Shown: positions 8,751-16,330 of the stretch, piece by piece
How positions within the stretch are numbered: the stretch's first letter is position 1
How the letters are laid out: each line of letters opens with the position of its first letter
The notes under the pieces: model-generated
Database searches by the model: none
Seen by the model: only the letters and a program-made list of their open reading frames with translations
What the model was told of the DNA's origin: nothing
Virus record (IMG/VR): IMGVR_UViG_3300045741_000352
Location: 1 to 64,000 of that record
DNA from: a virus
Direction: 5' to 3' (one strand)
Length of the DNA stretch: 64,000 nucleotides
Made by a program: the position numbers and the translations under genes

Positions 8751-8785
8751 CAAAAAAAGCCCACACAGCATGTATGCTGTGTGGG
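8751..8785 (-). terminator. intrinsic terminator (minus strand)
   Basis: On the minus strand, GCCCACACAGCAT..ATGCTGTGTGGGC is followed by T7, immediately downstream of the 8796 stop. Confidence 0.8.
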
Positions 8786-8795
8786 CGTGTGTTGT

Positions 8796-9251
8796 CTACA
8801 CAATCCGTACTGGCGTTGATCCCTCTATGCGGTACATAACCGTTTCCGTTGCTTCACGAGCGACCTTGCGCGCAGCATAGGCTTCGGCACTCGCGCAGAT
8901 AGCCTGCAGCGCCTTGTGAGCCACCGTGCCAGCAGTAAACGCCTCACCATACAGCGCCGCAAATTGCCGTATGTCGTCGATGCTGTTGTATACGTGGATG
9001 CCTGCAACCTGTACGTGCCCATCGTCGTCCAAATACATGACGCACACGGGGCAATAGATACCAGGCTGCGGCTTGTTCCACACCAGGCCAGACTTGCGCG
9101 GGTTGCTGGTTTGTGCCATGACGCGAAAGCCAAACTTCGGCTTGTATTCAATCCACACGCGCTTGATACAACGCAGCTTAAAACCGTAGGGATAGTCGTC
9201 AATGTAATAGGCTGTATCGGGGCTATTGTGGGTCAATGGTAATACTGTCAT
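8796..9251 (-). CDS. hypothetical protein
   Basis: Start taken at MTVLPL (ATG 9251). The upstream part of the track ORF (to 9377) is Cys/Arg-rich and looks non-coding. Confidence 0.5.
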   Translation of the reverse strand: MTVLPLTHNSPDTAYYIDDYPYGFKLRCIKRVWIEYKPKFGFRVMAQTSNPRKSGLVWNKPQPGIYCPVCVMYLDDDGHVQVAGIHVYNSIDDIRQFAALYGEAFTAGTVAHKALQAICASAEAYAARKVAREATETVMYRIEGSTPVRIV

Positions 9252-9470
9252 AGTTCTACTTTCCCCATCCTTTGTTGTTGTGATAACGTCGATTGTTCGA
9301 CCAGTGTTGCTGTTCCCGACACGTCGCACAGTACGCACCGTACACACGCACGGTACGTATACAGCGCAGTGTTGCACACTTAAATACTTTTTTGGTATAG
9401 TACAATAATTACTCCTTCACTAGAATTTAGTATTAAGTTTCTAAACGTTCTGCATTCATAACACAATCCC

Positions 9471-9722
9471 CTATATGTAGGTGTAGACACGCCCGTCTGC
9501 GATAGCATCAAGCGCGTGTGACCATACTTCCGGCGCGTCTGCTGCGATAACGATCATACTGTTGTCAAAATTTGTACCGACACTGATGATGCAATCCGTA
9601 CCGTTTTGATAGAGGTCAACGGAACGTTGCCGCCATTCACTCACAGCTTTACCGATGTAGGGTAGTTGCCGTATGGCGTCTAGCGTGAGTGGTGTGTTAT
9701 TGTGAATTACCGGCTGTGTCAT
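9471..9722 (-). CDS. hypothetical protein
   Basis: 83-codon ORF with GAGGGA upstream of the ATG. Confidence 0.45.
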   Translation of the reverse strand: MTQPVIHNNTPLTLDAIRQLPYIGKAVSEWRQRSVDLYQNGTDCIISVGTNFDNSMIVIAADAPEVWSHALDAIADGRVYTYI

Positions 9723-9925
9723 TGCATAGTCCCTCTTGTTCGATTTTGATCCGCATACTCTTTATGCGTACAGGATATTATGGTTGGTTTTCTTTGTACT
9801 CCTTGAGTCACTTGATTGCGTCTACGTAGCGCGTTTCTGCTGTAACGTCCTCCTACCCTTGCGTTGTTTTTTGCTGCACAACAAAAATATCTCGCGTTTT
9901 GCGTATGTACATAAGTAGCTCCCAC

Positions 9926-9964
9926 AAAAAACCCCCTCGCCCTACGTAGGGCGAGGGGGTTTTT
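9926..9964. terminator. bidirectional intrinsic terminator
   Basis: A6-CCCCCTCGCCCTACGTAGGGCGAGGGGG-T5, right after the 9967 stop on the minus strand. Confidence 0.85.
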
Positions 9965-9966
9965 CT

Positions 9967-11052
9967 CTAGTCGATGTCGTCCACACTGTCCAGACCGTCA
10001 AGGAAAGCGTCTACACTGTCGGGAATACCGGCGGACGGGTAGACGTGTTCTTCTGTACCATCGGTCAGCACAAGAATCTGTTCGAGTGCCTTGGCTTTCA
10101 GCGCAGCACCAGAGCCAAGAATAGCGGATTCCGCACGGGAGGTGGCTCTGTCGTCGCCACGTGTAGCGCGAGAATGATCGACGTAGTTTGTCACCGCGTT
10201 ATACAGCGCATACGCCGTGTGCTCCCAGGGAAAAGCGTTGCCGTCATTGTGCGACCAGAGCGCGGTGATGTCGCGTTTGATATTCTCACTCTTGGTTGAT
10301 TCCCCAGGGAACAAGCTGTCCAGAATTGCCGTGTACCTCTCGCGTTTGATGATTTTACGCTGTGCAAGCGTCTCCAGCTTGGTTTGTAAATCTTGCTGCG
10401 TGGCGAGCACACCTTGCACGAGGTTGTGTGCCGCGTGCATTTTATGGTGCACGTTTTTGGTATGTTTGAACCGTAGCGTTGTGCCTGTCACGTTACCAAG
10501 GGAAAATTGTAACGTGTTCATGCATACGATCCGCGTGCCAGTAAGGTACGCTTGTGCTGCCAGGCTACCATCAAAAGAGTTGATAAACGCGAGGTAGGTA
10601 CGTGTTACGTCGCCACTGCCTAGCACGTCGATTTGCCCTACCCTGGCGCTAATAAACAGCACAGAGCCACCACGCAGAGCGCCAGCGCTGTCGTAGTGGA
10701 AACCGCTGCCTTCTATCATTGTATCGACGAAGTCAAACATATGGACAGGTTGAATGATGGCATAGCTTGCCCCTACCGTGCCGATATGCGCGCCAGTGTC
10801 GGAACGGAAAATGCCAACCTTGTCAGATTTGAAAAATTTACTACCCCATTGTTCCGCAAGTGCTGCTTGTGGGGAATCACACGGCGCGTGTGCATATAGC
10901 GCAAGGTCAAGTGCAGTCCATGGAATGACCTGTTGTATCGCGTCGCTCGCTGAGAATGCACCTTGCACAATCTGGCCCAGTCTGTGCCATGCACCTGTGT
11001 CGGCCAACAACAACTCAGCTTGGTTATTTTTGAAAGACAATTCATGTGCCAT
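9967..11052 (-). CDS. DUF932 / phage-plasmid-like protein (TIGR03299-type)
   Basis: 361 aa. GTRIVCMNTL, RFKHTKN and the AVTNYVDH region match what I recall of the DUF932 family, which is common beside radC in mobile elements. Confidence 0.7.
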   Translation of the reverse strand: MAHELSFKNNQAELLLADTGAWHRLGQIVQGAFSASDAIQQVIPWTALDLALYAHAPCDSPQAALAEQWGSKFFKSDKVGIFRSDTGAHIGTVGASYAIIQPVHMFDFVDTMIEGSGFHYDSAGALRGGSVLFISARVGQIDVLGSGDVTRTYLAFINSFDGSLAAQAYLTGTRIVCMNTLQFSLGNVTGTTLRFKHTKNVHHKMHAAHNLVQGVLATQQDLQTKLETLAQRKIIKRERYTAILDSLFPGESTKSENIKRDITALWSHNDGNAFPWEHTAYALYNAVTNYVDHSRATRGDDRATSRAESAILGSGAALKAKALEQILVLTDGTEEHVYPSAGIPDSVDAFLDGLDSVDDID

Positions 11053-11113
11053 GATGTACTGCTCCTATACGTTACTTTGTCGCGCTATGCCGCATACAGC
11101 ACACGCTGTATAC

Positions 11114-11165
11114 CCTGTTTTTTCAGGTAGTGCAGGCTTTTAGCCTGCACTCCGCACACTTACGC
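11114..11165. repeat. 52-bp intergenic repeat, copy 1
   Basis: Identical to 11391-11442. Contains the hairpin GTGCAGGC-TTTTA-GCCTGCAC. Confidence 0.9.
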
Positions 11166-11333
11166 ATGAGTACATGGACATGCCGGGCCTGTAATGCGCT
11201 CATAATGCAGACCGTTCACACAAAGCTGCACGGGGTATGCCGTTGCACGGCAATGAGCCGCAAGCGCTACCGCTTGCTGTTGTGGTAGTACCGCCAACCA
11301 TTCCTGCCGGGTGTCGTTAGTAATGACCGCGTG
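11160..11333 (-). CDS. small hypothetical protein (57 aa)
   Basis: ATG 11333 behind ATAGGAGCAAAAC. Its TAA lies inside repeat copy 1. Too short for the ORF track. Confidence 0.4.
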   Translation of the reverse strand, partial: HAVITNDTRQEWLAVLPQQQAVALAAHCRATAYPVQLCVNGLHYERITGPACPCTHA

Positions 11334-11390
11334 CATGTTTTGCTCCTATATGTTGTCGCGCTATGCCCTGACCAGTACCATACTGGTCAG

Positions 11391-11442
11391 CCTGTTTTTT
11401 CAGGTAGTGCAGGCTTTTAGCCTGCACTCCGCACACTTACGC
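11391..11442. repeat. 52-bp intergenic repeat, copy 2
   Basis: Identical to 11114-11165. The flanking TGCTCCTAT..GTCGCGCTATGCC segments are also similar. Confidence 0.9.
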
Positions 11443-11738
11443 TATTTGAGTATGGTGATATTAGATCGTCTGCCTTTTGCGTTGTACACCTGTAGGGTAC
11501 GGTATACGTGGTTGACACTTTCCCTGTACACGAGGTCAGCGCTGCGCCCATCGGGATGTACAGCACACGTGGTATCACCACGACGCACACAGGTAAACCC
11601 CAGGCTTTCGAGCCAGGCGGTAAACTCAGCATGCCGATTGTCTTCGTTACGTCTGCGCTGTGCTGCGCTGCCAGCAGGCGACCAGAAATAGACGTTAGCG
11701 GTCAAAAACGTCGGACGTGCTACTGTTGCTGTTGCCAT
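11442..11738 (-). CDS. hypothetical protein
   Basis: 98-codon ORF with ATAGGAGCAAAACATA upstream of the ATG. Its stop lies at the edge of repeat copy 2. Confidence 0.5.
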   Translation of the reverse strand: MATATVARPTFLTANVYFWSPAGSAAQRRRNEDNRHAEFTAWLESLGFTCVRRGDTTCAVHPDGRSADLVYRESVNHVYRTLQVYNAKGRRSNITILK

Positions 11739-11757
11739 TATGTTTTGCTCCTATCGG

Positions 11758-12294
11758 TTACGCTACATACTCACTACTGCGTTGCACCACATCATTTTTC
11801 GTGTGCCATGCGTCGATGTAGTCATCGACGTGATACCTGGCGCTGTTTGCCTGATCTGTCCAGTGCCACACACCGCTTGGCGATTGATAGGCGTATGTCG
11901 TCACACCCACCGCTTGCATCAGGTACACAATGTACTGTCCAAGCGACACAGGATAGGAAAAATTGTCGCATATCTTTTCAAACTTCTTTTGTATTACTTT
12001 CAGATACGGACCAAATTTGTCTATATCTTCCAGCGTAATCATATCAGAACGGTTCGATGTGAAACCGTAGCGCCAGCCATAGCTAACACTTTTTGTACTA
12101 CAGCTTGCATCGTATTGGGACGACAGGGTAAAATGACCGTAAATAGGGTCATCGTATGGCGCAGGATCAGGCTTGCTGTACACGTGATTAAACGGGCGCA
12201 GTATTGCCGTAGTATGGCCGTATTTTTCGCCATAATTCTCGTTACGGTGGTGAATGATACAGCACAGATCGTGCGACGGTTTAATGATAGCCAT
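11758..12294 (-). CDS. hypothetical protein
   Basis: 178-codon ORF with AGGAGCGTACCCC upstream. First gene of the leftward accessory unit. Confidence 0.55.
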   Translation of the reverse strand: MAIIKPSHDLCCIIHHRNENYGEKYGHTTAILRPFNHVYSKPDPAPYDDPIYGHFTLSSQYDASCSTKSVSYGWRYGFTSNRSDMITLEDIDKFGPYLKVIQKKFEKICDNFSYPVSLGQYIVYLMQAVGVTTYAYQSPSGVWHWTDQANSARYHVDDYIDAWHTKNDVVQRSSEYVA

Positions 12295-12429
12295 GGGGTA
12301 CGCTCCTAGTGTTTCGCGGTAACTCTTCGGTGTGCATATAGTGTGACCAATTGCAGGTATAGCTGCAACAAAAAAATAAGGCGTTAATTTACAAGGAGTT
12401 ATAAGGAATGAGGAGAAAGGTTATGCGTT

Positions 12430-13038
12430 ATGAGTGAAATTGTGGCGAATTCTGCGGTCATTGAACCACCCAGTGTCTTAAAAGAACTAAGCGCAAACTC
12501 CGTGAAATTCTGTGAGTATTACGCCTTAAATAACAATGCTTTACAGTCATGCATACTTGCTGGCTTTGCATCAAGTTCGGCACGAACATACGCCTATGAC
12601 ACATTGCTTAAAAATCCTAAAGTTTTGGAAGCGGTTGAATATTTCAGAGCTGTAAATGCCTCAAATTCAACGTATACACCTGCTAAAATTGTCGCGCAAT
12701 GGTCAGAAATGGCCTCATTTAACATTTTAGATTGCTGCGATGAAAATTATATACTCAAGCCGCTGAGTCAATTGGATGAAGAACAAAAACGCAGGCTTGG
12801 CATTGCGTTGACCGGATTGAAAATCACGGTAAAAAATGGCAGGCAATATGTTGAGCCGAAAATGGCGCGAGAAACCGCGTTGCAAGAGCTGGGTAAAATC
12901 CATCGCCTCTATGCCGACGATAAGCAGCAAGGGCAAGGTTTGAATCTCACGATCAATGTAGGGCAGCAAGTTGTTGTAGAACAAGAACTTAGCGAAAATA
13001 TCGGACACCTTGTCATGAAAGATGAAGAGCTGGCATAG
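12430..13038 (+). CDS. terS: terminase small subunit
   Basis: The N-terminus KFCEYYALNNNALQSCILAGFASSSARTYAYDTLLKNPKVLEAVEYF fits the Terminase_2-type HTH pattern. GAGGAGAAAGG lies upstream. Confidence 0.75.
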   Translation: MSEIVANSAVIEPPSVLKELSANSVKFCEYYALNNNALQSCILAGFASSSARTYAYDTLLKNPKVLEAVEYFRAVNASNSTYTPAKIVAQWSEMASFNILDCCDENYILKPLSQLDEEQKRRLGIALTGLKITVKNGRQYVEPKMARETALQELGKIHRLYADDKQQGQGLNLTINVGQQVVVEQELSENIGHLVMKDEELA

Positions 13039-13336
13039 TATTTGCATTCCTATATATATATAAGCATGTGGCGCATGGGCCTGCACTCTGGCTTTTCACT
13101 GGTGTGGTACCTCGCTGATCGTTGGCTTTTGCGTCACACGTGACATCCCACCAAACGCGCTACAATGCCTCTATTTTGCGTTTGCCTTTCCAGACGTGTC
13201 TCTACCCTACCTGGCCAGCCAGAATGCAATAGCGTCGAAATTATCACAGTGATAATAATGTAACCTTTTCTCGCCTCCATACTGTACACTTGAGCAGTAT
13301 ACGGGGAAAAGTGTTAGCATCTACATTGTACTATGG

Positions 13337-13413
13337 GTGGACCTAGAGTGGACCTAGAGTGGACCTAGAGTGGACCTAGAGTGGACCTAGAGTGGACCTA
13401 GAGTGGACCTAGT
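13337..13413. repeat. 7 tandem copies of the 11-bp unit GTGGACCTAGA
   Basis: Six perfect units plus a seventh ending in T. The period is about one helical turn. Confidence 0.95.
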
Positions 13414-13463
13414 GCCCATGCGTGCAGTATGTAGTCCAATGCGATACCTTATATGAGGTACGA

Positions 13464-13650
13464 TCCTACTTGATACAGTCTGTAGCTGTGTACTAATACT
13501 AATTGGACGCTACTAGATTGGATTAGTCCATGAGTACAGTCGCTATCGTATCGGTCGCGTCCTACTTGATACAGTCTATGGCTGTGTACTAATACTAATT
13601 GGACACTACTAGGTTGGCTTAGTCTGTATCTATGATCGCTATTTTTTTGG
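13464..13650. repeat. two tandem units of about 96 bp
   Basis: TCCTACTTGATACAGTCT..GTGTACTAATACTAATTGGAC..CTACTAG..TTGG recurs at 13464 and 13560 with a few substitutions. Confidence 0.85.
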
Positions 13651-13856
13651 CCGCGTTCTGTTCAGCATGGGCCATGGGTATATCCTAGTATGAGTTGATT
13701 GGTACAGGTTGGGGTATGGGGGCTTTGGAAAAGGGACCGGCTGCAAGAGTGGTGTATGCATCGACCTCCCGCGCACCCCGTGTGTTCCTCTGTATTTCTT
13801 CGCACCCTGGATATTCCACAGTATTTGCACGCCCCCAGCATTTCTCACCAGGTGAA

Positions 13857-13914
13857 GCACAGGAGGGGTACCGTACCGAGAGCACAGGAGGGGTACCGTA
13901 CCGAGAGCACAGGA
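13857..13914. repeat. 25-bp tandem repeat, 2.3 copies
   Basis: GCACAGGAGGGGTACCGTACCGAGA appears twice, followed by a partial third copy. Confidence 0.9.
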
Positions 13915-14076
13915 TGAACTACCCAGATTTTTGGGTGTGCGTAGAAAGTTTCTCTATACCATAGTAGTATATATTTTCATGTCGAAATGTGAATATATGT
14001 TGTGGACAGTTGACCAACTTAAATGGTGGGCAGCCGTCCACAAACACACAAAAAAGATAAAAATCACAGAATATTC

Positions 14077-14160
14077 GGGTGAAACACCCCACGTTTATAC
14101 ACTAAGAAAATTCGGGGGTGTTTTTTGTAGTGGTATTATGATGGGTAAAACATCCTAAAT
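14077..14160 (+). promoter_or_regulatory. promoter-like module B with an extended -10
   Basis: Same three motifs, order and spacing as 6266-6347. TGgTATTAT at 14131-14139 is a good extended -10 element reading rightward. Confidence 0.45.
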
Positions 14161-14254
14161 TTTTGTAAATTTTATGCTAAAAACACGGTTTTTTTTAGAA
14201 GTTTGCACGTCAAGTGTTTTCACTGTCCCGCCCTTATATAAGAAAAATCAATAT

Positions 14255-14313
14255 CTTACAGACATTTGGGACAGTGCCCAACTTCTCTGTTTTGATTTTG
14301 GAGCTGCCAACGC
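14255..14313. repeat. right copy of the 59-bp inverted repeat (partner 6117-6175)
   Basis: 58 of 59 positions identical to the reverse complement of 6117-6175. Confidence 0.9.
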
Positions 14314-14390
14314 TTTTTTCTGTGTCACCTATTTTTGCTCTCATATAGCGCGATGCGCGTACACACGCGCAGTATACCATGTTCAGACTT

Positions 14391-14470
14391 CCCCATCTGC
14401 CGTCCTGTGCTATTCCCATTCCCCATCTGCCGTCCTGTGCTATTCCCATTCCCCATCTGCCGTCCTGTGC
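14391..14470. repeat. 30-bp tandem repeat, 2.7 copies
   Basis: CCCCATCTGCCGTCCTGTGCTATTCCCATT appears twice, plus a 20-nt partial copy that ends exactly at the -35 hexamer. Confidence 0.95.
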
Positions 14471-14499
14471 TTGACAGTGGGTAGTAAAAATCGTATATT
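14471..14499 (+). promoter_or_regulatory. near-consensus sigma70-type promoter for the terL/late operon
   Basis: TTGACA, a 17-nt spacer, then TATATT, about 95 nt upstream of the terL ATG. Confidence 0.6.
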
Positions 14500-14593
14500 T
14501 TCTGCTAACATACGCAAAGGCCATACGTATGTACTTTTCCAGCCCTCGTTGAGAGTGGGCACGCTCCCTCACTCTCGACTTACGCGAGAAAAT

Positions 14594-16090
14594 ATGCCGC
14601 AACTTACACTTGAATACATCGCATCACCCACCATCGCAAAATTCATACGCTCGGATAAGTTTTATGCGTTGTGTTGTGGCGCTAGAGGGTCCGGCAAGTC
14701 CACGGCGGGGCTGATGCGAACGATTATTCGAGCGAATCAACTCCCACCACAATACCACCCGCTTCGTTGGGCCGTTGTACGCGATACCCGCAAAAACATT
14801 GGCCTTACTGTCGCACGCACCATACGCAAATGGTGCCCCGAACCTTATGCAAAATGGCGAGGTAAACCAGAAGAACCTGAATCCTGTGTGATCTACATCA
14901 AAGGCAAACCTCTGGTCCATTTTGATTTTTTTGGTGTGAACTCTCCAGGGGATCATGACCGCTTTCAGTCCTACGAAGCATCTGGTGGTATATGGCTCGA
15001 AGAACCCTGCCCCTTAGCCACCAACACCGAATTTGTGGCATCTGGTATCGCTGAATCTGTGCTGGCTTCGGCGCAAACATCAGTACGTGGTGGGCCAAAT
15101 CCCTCTATCCAGATTACCATGAACCCGCCTTCCGCTGATCACTGGACAGCACAACTTTTTCACTTACCAGGCTTTGAAGCTGCTGGTGATGATGAAATGG
15201 AAATGCCACCTGAAGCCATAGAGCAACGAAAGAGAATACGCGAATCCGCCGATGTCTTCATGGTGCCCCCCTCCGAATGTGCTGCTGAGAAAGAAACACC
15301 GGGGTATACCGAACGTAACCGACAGATACTTCTGGCGACAGGTCGAACGGACCTCCTTGCGCGTCTCGTGGATGGTCGTATTGGCTACGCACAGGTTGGG
15401 GAACGTGTCACACCTGAATTTTCGTCGATGCACATTGTCAATGGGCTCACCATTATCCCACGTGTGCCTATTATTCTCGCATTTGACTTTGGACTGAATG
15501 CCACGTGTATTGCAGCGCAAATTACCCCACAGGGATACTTACACATTCTGCGAGCCTGGACACGTGAGAACGCGGGAATGAAGCAATTACTTACCACCGA
15601 TGTGCAACCATGGCTTGCACAGCAGCCTGTGGAATCCTGGTGGTATTGTGGCGGACCTGAAGCACGTGAACGTGAGCAATCGGACTCTGAAGAAACTGCG
15701 CTACGCATGATTGTGAACACACTTGGTAATGCGTCGTATCGTGCCGGACCTGTCTCGTGGTCCGCACGTCGTGATGCACTGAGAGACGCGCTGACACGCA
15801 CGCCTGGCGGACTCACGTGGATTCGCGTTTCTCAACAAGGTGCCGCACTGCTTATACGGGCACTGGACGGTGGTTGGCATTACCCAACAGATAGTATGGG
15901 GCATATTAGAAATAACGGCCAACCAGATAAACGCAGCAAATGGGATCACTTAGGGGATGCTTTCTCGCACCTCTGCGCTGTGCTACTCAAGAAAACGGAC
16001 AATTCCTCCAGGTCTGTGCAAAAGCAGCGTCCCTCGCTTGTGCGTCATAACCATACGGTATATACTGGTTCAACACGAACAGGAGTGTAA
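14594..16090 (+). CDS. terL: terminase large subunit
   Basis: Walker A GARGSGKST, Walker B-like GGIWLEEP, and a nuclease-domain AFDFGLN. Start taken at MPQLTL; the track ORF from 14174 runs through non-coding repeats. Confidence 0.85.
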   Translation: MPQLTLEYIASPTIAKFIRSDKFYALCCGARGSGKSTAGLMRTIIRANQLPPQYHPLRWAVVRDTRKNIGLTVARTIRKWCPEPYAKWRGKPEEPESCVIYIKGKPLVHFDFFGVNSPGDHDRFQSYEASGGIWLEEPCPLATNTEFVASGIAESVLASAQTSVRGGPNPSIQITMNPPSADHWTAQLFHLPGFEAAGDDEMEMPPEAIEQRKRIRESADVFMVPPSECAAEKETPGYTERNRQILLATGRTDLLARLVDGRIGYAQVGERVTPEFSSMHIVNGLTIIPRVPIILAFDFGLNATCIAAQITPQGYLHILRAWTRENAGMKQLLTTDVQPWLAQQPVESWWYCGGPEAREREQSDSEETALRMIVNTLGNASYRAGPVSWSARRDALRDALTRTPGGLTWIRVSQQGAALLIRALDGGWHYPTDSMGHIRNNGQPDKRSKWDHLGDAFSHLCAVLLKKTDNSSRSVQKQRPSLVRHNHTVYTGSTRTGV

Positions 16091-16095
16091 GAACT

Positions 16096-16311
16096 ATGCC
16101 GCGAAAAACTGTGTGGGAACCGGCATCTTCGGACGAACTGAAGCGCTTTGATGGTTTGTTAGATACTATCATTCAGATGTCAACGACATACAAAGATAGC
16201 TTGCACACAGCACTCACGGCAAAGAGTAATCTTGATGTCGATGACGTGGTAAAATACACCACATCAATGCGTTCCGCTATTACCGAAATTGAAAGTCTGG
16301 TGCGTGATTAA
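16096..16311 (+). CDS. hypothetical protein
   Basis: 71-codon ORF starting 6 nt after the terL stop. Confidence 0.5.
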   Translation: MPRKTVWEPASSDELKRFDGLLDTIIQMSTTYKDSLHTALTAKSNLDVDDVVKYTTSMRSAITEIESLVRD

Positions 16312-16330
16312 CTAGAGGGGTCGTTAATAC

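Noticed and set aside
9252-9377. N-terminal extension of the 8796 ORF, and the 68-codon ORF at 9719-9925
   Set aside because: Both have Cys/Arg-rich odd composition and no ribosome-binding site. They lie in AT-rich or terminator-containing intergenic DNA.
13639-14158. Small ORFs (66-89 codons on both strands) inside the repeat hub
   Set aside because: They have no ribosome-binding sites, overlap each other, consist largely of repeat translations, and share only the peptide GETPH, which comes from a repeated DNA motif.
6117-14313. Calling the inverted-repeat-bracketed 8 kb segment a transposon or invertible element
   Set aside because: No transposase, invertase or target-site duplication is visible. 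The segment also contains the only terS in the window, which is presumably essential. It is reported as a finding only.
14174-14593. 140-codon N-terminal extension of the terL ORF
   Set aside because: It runs through the 59-bp inverted repeat, the 30-bp tandem repeats and a consensus promoter. The conserved terminase sequence begins at MPQLTL (14594).
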